From an uncultured Gemmatimonadales bacterium (GTDB lineage Bacteria; Gemmatimonadota; Gemmatimonadetes; Gemmatimonadales; GWC2-71-9): a stretch of DNA of 64,000 bases. The notes beneath the pieces were generated by a model, which did not search any database, was not told the origin of the DNA, and was given only the letters and a program-made list of their open reading frames with translations. Position 1 is the first letter of the stretch. Each line of letters starts with the position of its first letter. The stretch covers positions 257,037 through 321,036 of the forward strand of contig CAVYSW010000003.1 of assembly GCA_963771275.1 (NCBI GenBank), given 5' to 3'. Positions 26,857 to 34,521 of the stretch are shown here, piece by piece. The position numbers were made by a program, and so were the translations under genes.

Positions 26857-28472
26857 CGCGCACCTCCCTCGGGAATCCGCAGGATTGCCGGCGGCAGGGT
26901 CGACCGGTCGGCGCTCGTGCCGAGCCCCAGGCGGATCCCGGCACTGAGCCGCACCTGGTTCCAGGAGAACTGCGCGGCATCGGGATACTCCGTTCCGCCG
27001 ACGACCACCTTGCGGTCGCCCCCGCGCGCCTCATCGTAGTACAGCACGCCACCGAACACCCGGAGCTCGTCGAGCACCTGCGCATCGACGTCGAGGGCGT
27101 ATTGCCAGACGCTCGCGTCGTTGAAGCGCAGCTCGAGCGCGCGCTGCAGGTTGGCGATGCTGCCGCGGACCGCCACCCGCGGGATCGGCCGCCAGAACAC
27201 GCTGCCGTCGATCCCCAGCGCCCCGGCGCCCGGGCCGGTCTCGATGTGGTAGTCCGCCGTCGCGATCAGATTCGCGGAGCGCATGTAGGTGGCCCCGAGA
27301 CTGCCGCGCCAGCCGGACGTCTCGATCGAAACCAACGGCGTTGCGGTCTCGGTGTTGGCGTACTCGTAGACCTCGCCCCGCGCTCGCACCTGCACGCGGT
27401 TCATCAGGTGCATGGTGAGCGACCCGAACGCCGCGTGGTACGGGACGGGACTGAACACGCCCCAGATGCTCCACGAGTCGAAGTGCGGCCGATACCGCCG
27501 GCCGCCCACCGCAGCCGTCGCCCCGGTCCCCGGAATCGCGACCGCGAGCTGGCCTTCGGCGCTGCCCCACTCGCCGAACACCAGGTCGTAGTCCGCGCCC
27601 CCGGACACGGTGACCCCCCGCCACGGGCGCAGCACCACGTCCGCGCCGAGCTGCTCCGACGCGACCCGGCTGGTGGTCCCCGACGGCCCCATGGCGTCCA
27701 TCTCGCGTTCGTACAGGACCGTGGCCTGCATCCACCGCAGGTTCCAGCCGACGTCGCCGCCGACCAGCACGCCGCGCTTGCTGGGACGAAACTCGTTCAG
27801 CGGATTGAGCAGGGAGTCGGTCACGCTCAGCAGGGCCCCGCGCGCCAGCGCCCACCCCCCGTACACCGCCGCGCTCACCTTGCCACTGAGCGGCCGCACA
27901 CGGACTCGGGCCCCGTCAAAGCCGGTGTATCCCAGGCGCGACGTTTCGATCAGGCGCCCACCCTGCGCCATCGCCAGGCCGCGCACATACTCGGCGTAGC
28001 CTTCGACGAGCTGCAGCGTGGGCTGGGTGGCCGGCCACGCGTCCGGATTGGCCAGGTCGGTCACCACGCGCGCGCGCGCCCGGGCGCTGAGCCCCGGAAC
28101 GCCGAAGTCCCACGCGGACAAATCGGCCGTCGTGACGAACGGCTGGCCCTGCTGCGCGGCGCCTGGCGTGTAGTAGCGACAATACGCGTCGCCGGTCGGG
28201 CAGGTCACCGCGTACCCATCCGCGGTCTGCAGGCCGCCCCCCGGTCCCAGCACGACGTCCGTGACCGGGACGCTGTCGAGCTGCCAGCCGCGATACTTCA
28301 CGGACTGGAATCGCGACTCGATGCGCACGCGGTACCCCTGGCCCCAGAGTGGAGCCGTCTGGAGCGCGAGCCCCACGAGCACCGCCAGCGCGAACACCCT
28401 GGACCGTCTCACCAGCCCTCCTCCGTGTGGGCAGCCCCGTCCGGCTGCCGGTTCCTCACCGATTCGCCTCAC
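26853..28472 (-). CDS. putative outer-membrane beta-barrel protein (porin-like)
   Basis: 539 aa. It has a signal peptide (RVFALAVLVGLALQTAPLWGQG), no TM helices and no CxxCH. Many short amphipathic strand-like segments are rich in G, Y, W and R (e.g. RVQVRARGEVYEY, WRGSLGATYMRSANLIATADYHIE). Confidence 0.5.
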   Translation of the reverse strand: MRRIGEEPAAGRGCPHGGGLVRRSRVFALAVLVGLALQTAPLWGQGYRVRIESRFQSVKYRGWQLDSVPVTDVVLGPGGGLQTADGYAVTCPTGDAYCRYYTPGAAQQGQPFVTTADLSAWDFGVPGLSARARARVVTDLANPDAWPATQPTLQLVEGYAEYVRGLAMAQGGRLIETSRLGYTGFDGARVRVRPLSGKVSAAVYGGWALARGALLSVTDSLLNPLNEFRPSKRGVLVGGDVGWNLRWMQATVLYEREMDAMGPSGTTSRVASEQLGADVVLRPWRGVTVSGGADYDLVFGEWGSAEGQLAVAIPGTGATAAVGGRRYRPHFDSWSIWGVFSPVPYHAAFGSLTMHLMNRVQVRARGEVYEYANTETATPLVSIETSGWRGSLGATYMRSANLIATADYHIETGPGAGALGIDGSVFWRPIPRVAVRGSIANLQRALELRFNDASVWQYALDVDAQVLDELRVFGGVLYYDEARGGDRKVVVGGTEYPDAAQFSWNQVRLSAGIRLGLGTSADRSTLPPAILRIPEGGAR

Positions 28473-28512
28473 GCGTTCCGCCGTGAGGGCTCGCTCCGCC
28501 CCGCGGCGCGGG

Positions 28513-31317
28513 TCAGCGGTAGCCGAACAGCATCGAATAGACGATCAGCGCAATCAGGGTCAACCCGACCGCCAGCGCGGTGAAGCCGAACACTTTGAAC
28601 GCACGCTCCAGCTTGGTCGGATAGGGCTCCACGAGCGACTTCTCCAGCTCGCCGCTCCGGACGAGCTCCTCGTACTCACGTGGCTTGTCCCGCTTGAGCT
28701 CTTCCAGCGGTACCCGTCCCGTGAAGATGACCGGGTCCATCGGGAACTTGTCCGGTCGGAAGTGCGTGTTGAAGAAGTGCACCGTGAAGATGAACGCCAC
28801 CGCCAGCAACGCCTCGTCGCTGTGCAGGATCGTCGCCACGTTCACGGTCCAGCCCGGCAGCACCTTCGTGAAGACCTCGGGGAACCACAGCAGCAGCCCC
28901 GTCGAGCCGATGATGAACATCCCCCAGAACACGGCGAAGTAGTCGAATTTCTCCCAGTACGTGAACCGCCCGTACGCCGGTCGCGGGCCGCGGCCGAAGA
29001 ACCACCGGACCGACTGCAGGAAATCCGTGAGATCCTGCTTGGTGAAGACCAGGGAGTCGTCGGTCTGCATGAAGCGCAGCCAGGAGAGCCCCGACGCGCG
29101 CTTGCGCGTGCGCACGTCCCACAGGTGCAGCGCGAAGATCGTGAGCAGTGTGACGGCGCCCAGGCGATGCAGGACGCCGGTCGTCGAGAAGCCCCCCACG
29201 AACGCCGCGGCGGCCTGGGCCCATCCCATGTAGGAGAACTTCAGCACCATGCCGGTCAGCGCGAGCGTGAAGAAGCTCAGCAGCATGACGCCGTGCATCG
29301 ACCGTTCCCACACGCTGAACCGACGATGCAGCTTCTCGCCGGGCGCGGCGGCGCGGTGATAGCGCCATTGCTCGGGCTCGCGCCACAGCCGCCACAGCCA
29401 CGCGAGCGTGTGCACGACGGCGAAGGTGAGGGTGCCGATGAGGAGCGCCGTCATGCCCCAGAACGTCCAGAACAGGAACGGGTACTTCCGGGCGTCGTGG
29501 TGGGTCGCGTGGGTCAGATAGCCGGCGAACCGCCGGTTGGCGCCCGCGTGGCACTTGGCGCACGTGCCCACGATGTTCCGCCGGCTGAGCGTGGAGGCGG
29601 GCTCGTCCGGGGGCAGGATGTTGTGCGCGCCGTGGCAATCCGAGCACTTCGCGGCCCCGGCGTCGCCCAGGCGCGACACCTTGCCGTGGAACGTGTCGAA
29701 GAACCGCTCCGCTTCCTGCTCATGGCACTGGCCGCACTGGTTCATCATCATCAGCCGGAAGTTCCCCGCGTCGGTCCGGCTGATGGTGTGCGACGTGTGG
29801 CAGTCCCGGCAGCTCGGGAGCCGCTTCGTCGTGTCGCCCCCGAGATCCGCGGTGGCATGGATGCTCTGGAGGAACTGCGCCTCGATGCCGTCGTGGCAGG
29901 CGCCGCACGTCGTGCCGACGTTGCGCGGGTTGATCGTCGAGAGCGTGTCCTCGGGAGGCAGCGGCCGGTGCGCCGTGTGGCAGTTGCTGCAGGTGGCGGT
30001 CACCAGGAGGCCGCTCTGGATCAGGCCCTTGCCGTGGATGCTCTCCTGGTAGGACCGCACGATGTCGGGATGGTCGGCGGCAATCCGCACGGCGGCCTTC
30101 TCGCCCGCCCGGTGACAGCGGGCGCAGAGCGCGGGCACGTTGCGCGGGAACGTCGGTGACGTCGGGTCCGTCCGGCCCTTGGTCGCGTGGTCGTCGTGGC
30201 AATCGAGACACTTCGGCGCGTCGGGATCCCCCTGGGCCGCCAGCTGGCCGTGCCGGCTCACCTGGTTGTCCGCGACCTCCTGCGCGTGGCACACGCTGCA
30301 GTCCACCCGGTCCGCCCGGGAGGTGGAGCACGCGCGCACGCGCGACGGCGTGACATCGGTGTGGCACTGGGCGCAGGCCGTCTGGGCGTGCATCGAGGCG
30401 GCGTACGCCTCGGGATCCACGTACAGGGATGTGGAGTCGCCGTTCGCGATCCCGCGCAGCTCGGGGTTGGCGTGGCAGCGGAAACAGTCCTGATTCGCGG
30501 CGCCAGCCGTGTAGAGCACCCGGCGGATCTTGTGCGGCGAATGACAGTCGACGCAGGCCGGAATTCGGTTGGGCTCGGACTCCCACAGGCGGCCTTCGAT
30601 CACCTTGCGATGGACCTGTTCGATCAGCCCGTGACACTGGGTGCAGGTCTTGGCGATGTTCGCGCGGTTGATGCTCGAGCGCGGGTCCGTGTGGGGGAGG
30701 ATGAGGTGGGACGTATGGCACGACGTACAGACCGCCGTGACGGTGAGCCCCTGCTGCAGCAGGCCCGCCCCATGGATCGACTCGGAGTAGTTCTCGAGGA
30801 TCCGGTCCTGGGGAATGTTGAAGCTGCGCGAAACCGGCGTCCCCTCGTGATGGCACTCCCCGCACAGGAACGGGATGTTGGTCACGGCCGTGCGGGACTT
30901 CGGGTCGCTGGGCGCCTTGACGTCGTGCGTCCCGTGGCAGTCGCGGCAGGTCGGCGCCAGCCGCTCGCCCCGCGCGGCCGCCTGGCCATGGAGCGACTCG
31001 GCGTGTTGCGTCGCCTGGGTGGGGTGGCAGCTGCCGCAGTCGACCTTCGGCCGATCCTGCGGGTGGGGGAATCCCAGGGCCCCGTGACACGTGGTGCAGC
31101 CCATGCCCTTGGCGCCGTGAATCGACCGGCCCAGGGCCTCCTGCGTAACGACGTAGCGGGTCGGGTTGGGCTTGGCCTTGAACAGCGCGGCGTTGCTGTG
31201 GCACATCAGGCAGGTGGCGTCGTCCTGCGCCGCTGCCGGGTGCGGCACGGTCAAGCTCGCACCGACGATCGCCGCCGCCACGCACGCGCGTGCTCCGGCA
31301 GGGCTCAGTATCCGCAC
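28513..31317 (-). CDS. 19-heme cytochrome c fused to a C-terminal cytochrome b-type membrane domain (CbcL-like)
   Basis: 934 aa with a signal peptide and 19 CxxCH motifs. The C-terminal polytopic domain (KYPFLFWTFWGMTALLIG..HGVMLLSFFTLALTG..) resembles FdnI/HydC/PhsC-type b cytochromes. Confidence 0.8.
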   Translation of the reverse strand: MRILSPAGARACVAAAIVGASLTVPHPAAAQDDATCLMCHSNAALFKAKPNPTRYVVTQEALGRSIHGAKGMGCTTCHGALGFPHPQDRPKVDCGSCHPTQATQHAESLHGQAAARGERLAPTCRDCHGTHDVKAPSDPKSRTAVTNIPFLCGECHHEGTPVSRSFNIPQDRILENYSESIHGAGLLQQGLTVTAVCTSCHTSHLILPHTDPRSSINRANIAKTCTQCHGLIEQVHRKVIEGRLWESEPNRIPACVDCHSPHKIRRVLYTAGAANQDCFRCHANPELRGIANGDSTSLYVDPEAYAASMHAQTACAQCHTDVTPSRVRACSTSRADRVDCSVCHAQEVADNQVSRHGQLAAQGDPDAPKCLDCHDDHATKGRTDPTSPTFPRNVPALCARCHRAGEKAAVRIAADHPDIVRSYQESIHGKGLIQSGLLVTATCSNCHTAHRPLPPEDTLSTINPRNVGTTCGACHDGIEAQFLQSIHATADLGGDTTKRLPSCRDCHTSHTISRTDAGNFRLMMMNQCGQCHEQEAERFFDTFHGKVSRLGDAGAAKCSDCHGAHNILPPDEPASTLSRRNIVGTCAKCHAGANRRFAGYLTHATHHDARKYPFLFWTFWGMTALLIGTLTFAVVHTLAWLWRLWREPEQWRYHRAAAPGEKLHRRFSVWERSMHGVMLLSFFTLALTGMVLKFSYMGWAQAAAAFVGGFSTTGVLHRLGAVTLLTIFALHLWDVRTRKRASGLSWLRFMQTDDSLVFTKQDLTDFLQSVRWFFGRGPRPAYGRFTYWEKFDYFAVFWGMFIIGSTGLLLWFPEVFTKVLPGWTVNVATILHSDEALLAVAFIFTVHFFNTHFRPDKFPMDPVIFTGRVPLEELKRDKPREYEELVRSGELEKSLVEPYPTKLERAFKVFGFTALAVGLTLIALIVYSMLFGYR

Positions 31318-31402
31318 CCGCCGCCCCCTGCCTTCAGGCGCCTCACGACCACCCGACCCCCTTTTCGCTCCGTCAACTTACGGACGCCAGGTCCAGTGAT
31401 TA

Positions 31403-31449
31403 TGAGAAGAGTGTGAAGACGTCTCTAAAGAACTTCTCACAACGTCTTC
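31403..31449. promoter_or_regulatory. candidate operator in the divergent intergenic region
   Basis: gaagacgt (31415-22) and its complement acgtcttc (31442-49) form an inverted pair. They interleave with gagaag (31404-09) / cttctc (31434-39). The palindrome agacgtct lies at 31417-24. Local GC is lower than in the flanks. Confidence 0.3.
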
Positions 31450-31552
31450 CCCGTCCCCGAGCCCCATCAATGTCATACTCAATGCGCAGGATACCAATGA
31501 CTTGTGAGCTTTCCGGGTCCGGCTTCCAGGGCCCGAAGGAGTGTTCTTCAAG

Positions 31553-32512
31553 ATGCGTCCGCTCTCGCGCAGAGGGTTCCTCGAGAGAGGGGGGCGTGCG
31601 TTCGCCGGCCTTGCGGCGGCCGGGGCTGGCACCGGTGGGATTGCCCTGCTGGCGCAGCCAGCTGCCGCCGCACCCGCCTCTCTGGAGCGCCTCACCCAAC
31701 AGGCCTCCAAGCAGTGGGCCATGCTGTTCGACTCGACGCTGTGCGTCGGATGTCGTTCATGCGAAGTCGCCTGTAACAAGAAGAACGACCTCGGCCGCAC
31801 GCCCACCGAGATCTTCGAAGGACGGGACGCCCAGGACGCCCGTGCCTTAGCGCCGGACGTCTTCACCTACGTCACGTTCCATCAGTGGGAGGCCGATCCG
31901 TCGACGGCCGCCTTCGGCAAGGTGCAGTGCATGCACTGCATCGAGCCGGCCTGCGCGGCGAGTTGCCCGGTGGCCGCGCTGCACAAGACGCCGGAGGGTC
32001 CGGTCGTGTGGGACGGCAGTCTCTGTCTGGGCTGTCGCTACTGCATGATGGCGTGCCCCTTCCTCGTCCCCCGCTTCGAGTGGGAGTCACGCAACCCGCG
32101 CATCCGCAAGTGCGACATGTGCTGGGACCGGCAGATGGAGGGGAAGCCCCCCGCCTGCGTCGAGGCGTGTCCCACCAAGGCCCTCAAGGCCGGCACGCGG
32201 GAGGAGTTGCTGCAGGCCGCATACGACCGCATCAACGCCCGACCCCGGAAGTACGTGCACCACGTGTACGGGGAGCACGAGGCGGGCGGCACCAACTTCC
32301 TGCACATCGCGGGGCGCCCGTTCGACGAGCTCGGCTACCGGCGCAACCTGCCGCTGCGTTCCTATCGCGAGTATACCAGGCCCGCGATGGCCACGATCCC
32401 GTACGTGCTCGGCGGCCTCGGGCTGGCCCTGGGGGCCGTCCGCTGGGTGGTCGTCCGTCGGCAGCAGGTCGCCCGCGGGCAGGCCGGGACCGGGGAGGGC
32501 ACCGCGCCATGA
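31553..32512 (+). CDS. Tat-exported 4Fe-4S ferredoxin-type subunit (HybA/NrfC/DsrO-like) with C-terminal TM
   Basis: MRPLSRRGFLERGG is a Tat motif. The cluster motifs are CVGCRSCEVAC, CMHCIEPACAASCP, CLGCRYCMMACP and CDMC..CVEACP. A C-terminal helix is IPYVLGGLGLALGAV. Confidence 0.85.
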   Translation: MRPLSRRGFLERGGRAFAGLAAAGAGTGGIALLAQPAAAAPASLERLTQQASKQWAMLFDSTLCVGCRSCEVACNKKNDLGRTPTEIFEGRDAQDARALAPDVFTYVTFHQWEADPSTAAFGKVQCMHCIEPACAASCPVAALHKTPEGPVVWDGSLCLGCRYCMMACPFLVPRFEWESRNPRIRKCDMCWDRQMEGKPPACVEACPTKALKAGTREELLQAAYDRINARPRKYVHHVYGEHEAGGTNFLHIAGRPFDELGYRRNLPLRSYREYTRPAMATIPYVLGGLGLALGAVRWVVVRRQQVARGQAGTGEGTAP

Positions 32513-33852
32513 AACCAGCCAATCTGCTGCGGATCCCGGTGTCAGGCGGGATGGCGACGCTGGTCGTGCTCGGCTGCGTGGGCCTGATGCTCATCGCCTA
32601 CCGGTTTGCCGTCGGCCTGGGCCCGGTGACCAACCTCAGTGACGGCTATCCGTGGGGGTTCTGGATCGGGATCGATGTGCTCGTGGGGATCGCGCTCGCC
32701 GCTGGCGGGTTCGTGATGGCGGGGCTCGTGCACATCTTCGGCGGCCACCGATTCCACGCGCTCACCCGGCCGGCGATCCTCACGGCGTTCCTGGGTTACC
32801 TGCTGTTCATTTTCGCGCTCATGGTGGACCTGGGACGCCCGTGGAACATCTGGCGGGCCTTAATCTCGTGGAACCACTACTCGCCGATGTTCGAGGTGGC
32901 GATGTGCGTGATGTTCTACACGTTCGTGCTGTTCCTGGAGTTCCTGCCCGCGGTGTTCGAGCGGCTGGGGCTCGAGCGTGCGCACCGAGCGTGGCGGGAG
33001 GTGTCGCCGTTTCTCGTCATCACGACCCTCACGCTGTTCGTCTTCGCCATGACCGACAGCCTGCGCTGGACGGTCGCCATCTTCGGCATCCTCGCGGCCT
33101 GGGAGGCGCTGATGCGCCTGCGCGTGGCACCGCGCGACCACCAGATGCCGGTGCTGCTCATCATGGCGGGGATCATGCTCTCCACGTTGCACCAATCGAG
33201 CCTGGGGACCCTGTTCCTCATCACCGACAAGCTGGGGCCCCTGTGGTATACGCCGATCCTCCCCTTGCTCTTCTTCCTGTCGGCCGTGATGGTCGGGCCG
33301 GCGATGGTGATGGTGGAAGCCATGCTCACCGCGCGGGTGCGACGCGAGCGGCCGGAGCTGGAGCTGCTCACCCAGCTGGGCCGGGCCATGCCCTACCTGC
33401 TGGGGGCGTACCTGGTGCTCCGGGTGGGCGACATGCTGATGCGCGGGGTGGTGCTGCAGGTGATGACGGCCTCTGGTGCGAGCGCGTGGTGGTGGCTCGA
33501 GGTCGGACTCCTGTTGACCGCCATGGCCCTGTTTGGGACCGCCGAGGTCCGGGCCAGGGAACGTGGACTCTTCCTGGCGGCGCTGGCCACCGTGGCGGCC
33601 GTGATCGTGCACCGCACTGGAGTCGCCGTGGTGGGCCTGTCCGTCCCGGAATACGGGCGCTATGTCCCGAAGTGGTCGGAAGTCTTGATCACGATCGGCA
33701 TCGTATCGCTCGGGCTCCTCGGGTTCCGGGCGGCGATCGCGTTCCTGCCCATCTACCACGACGAGAAAGACCGACACCTTGCGCCCGCCGAGGCGTCCGC
33801 CCGGCAGGCGGCTCAACCGCTCCCCATCGCGGCCGCGGAAGCGGCGCGCTGA
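32509..33852 (+). CDS. NrfD/PsrC/HybB-family quinone-interacting membrane subunit
   Basis: ATG 32509 (ATGA overlap), 447 aa, polytopic: GYPWGFWIGIDVLVGIALAAGGF.. Confidence 0.8.
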   Translation: MKPANLLRIPVSGGMATLVVLGCVGLMLIAYRFAVGLGPVTNLSDGYPWGFWIGIDVLVGIALAAGGFVMAGLVHIFGGHRFHALTRPAILTAFLGYLLFIFALMVDLGRPWNIWRALISWNHYSPMFEVAMCVMFYTFVLFLEFLPAVFERLGLERAHRAWREVSPFLVITTLTLFVFAMTDSLRWTVAIFGILAAWEALMRLRVAPRDHQMPVLLIMAGIMLSTLHQSSLGTLFLITDKLGPLWYTPILPLLFFLSAVMVGPAMVMVEAMLTARVRRERPELELLTQLGRAMPYLLGAYLVLRVGDMLMRGVVLQVMTASGASAWWWLEVGLLLTAMALFGTAEVRARERGLFLAALATVAAVIVHRTGVAVVGLSVPEYGRYVPKWSEVLITIGIVSLGLLGFRAAIAFLPIYHDEKDRHLAPAEASARQAAQPLPIAAAEAAR

Positions 33853-33870
33853 GCAGAACGTTTCCGGAGG

Positions 33871-34431
33871 TTGATCATGGAGCACATGTCCACGCCAGCC
33901 GGCAGCAACGGGCGCGGGCGGGTCCTCGCCATCATCCTGAGCGCGGTCGCCCTCATCCTGCTGGTTTTCGTCACGCAATCCCTCGTGCGGCTGGATCGTG
34001 ACGTCGCCGGTCTGCGCGCCGAGCTCGCGACCAAGCAGGACCTCGCGAATCTCGCCACCCACCTCGGGCCGCCGGATCCGGCGATGGCGGCGCTGCAGGG
34101 GACCTGCACGGATTGCCACACGGCGGAGACCTTTCAGGCCGCCCACGGGGTGACCGAGAGCATCCCCAATCTGGTGCAGCGGATGAGCGAGTTGTCGGGC
34201 GCGCACATCAGCAGCACCGAGGTCCCCAGGGTGGAGGCCGCGCTCACGTTCATGAAATGCGCCCATTGCCACACCGGCGACCGCCTCAAGGAGCTCGCGA
34301 TTCTGAGTCCGAAGGAGCGGTGGGACGTCATCATCAAGATGATGAAGGAGCCGGGAGCGCAGATCACGCAGGACGACGCGCAGCGCATCCGGGATTTCTA
34401 CGGCGAGTTCTGGGGTTGGCACACGAAGTGA
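33871..34431 (+). CDS. membrane-anchored diheme cytochrome c
   Basis: 186 aa. The N-terminal TM helix is VLAIILSAVALILLVFV and the heme motifs are CTDCH and CAHCH. Confidence 0.75.
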   Translation: MIMEHMSTPAGSNGRGRVLAIILSAVALILLVFVTQSLVRLDRDVAGLRAELATKQDLANLATHLGPPDPAMAALQGTCTDCHTAETFQAAHGVTESIPNLVQRMSELSGAHISSTEVPRVEAALTFMKCAHCHTGDRLKELAILSPKERWDVIIKMMKEPGAQITQDDAQRIRDFYGEFWGWHTK

Positions 34432-34441
34432 CCTGATGACC

Positions 34442-34475
34442 ACCGGGCGGCCGGCTGCAACGCCGACCGCCCGGT
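34442..34475. terminator. GC hairpin 1 between convergent operons
   Basis: accgggcgg (34442-50) pairs with ccgcccggt (34467-75), giving a 9-bp perfect stem. Confidence 0.5.
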
Positions 34476-34488
34476 CTCCCGTGAGGGC

Positions 34489-34514
34489 CCGGGGGCGGCA
34501 CATGCCGCCCCCGG
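34489..34514. terminator. GC hairpin 2 between convergent operons
   Basis: ccgggggcggc / gccgcccccgg form an 11-bp perfect stem with loop acat. Confidence 0.6.
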
Positions 34515-34521
34515 TGCATTC

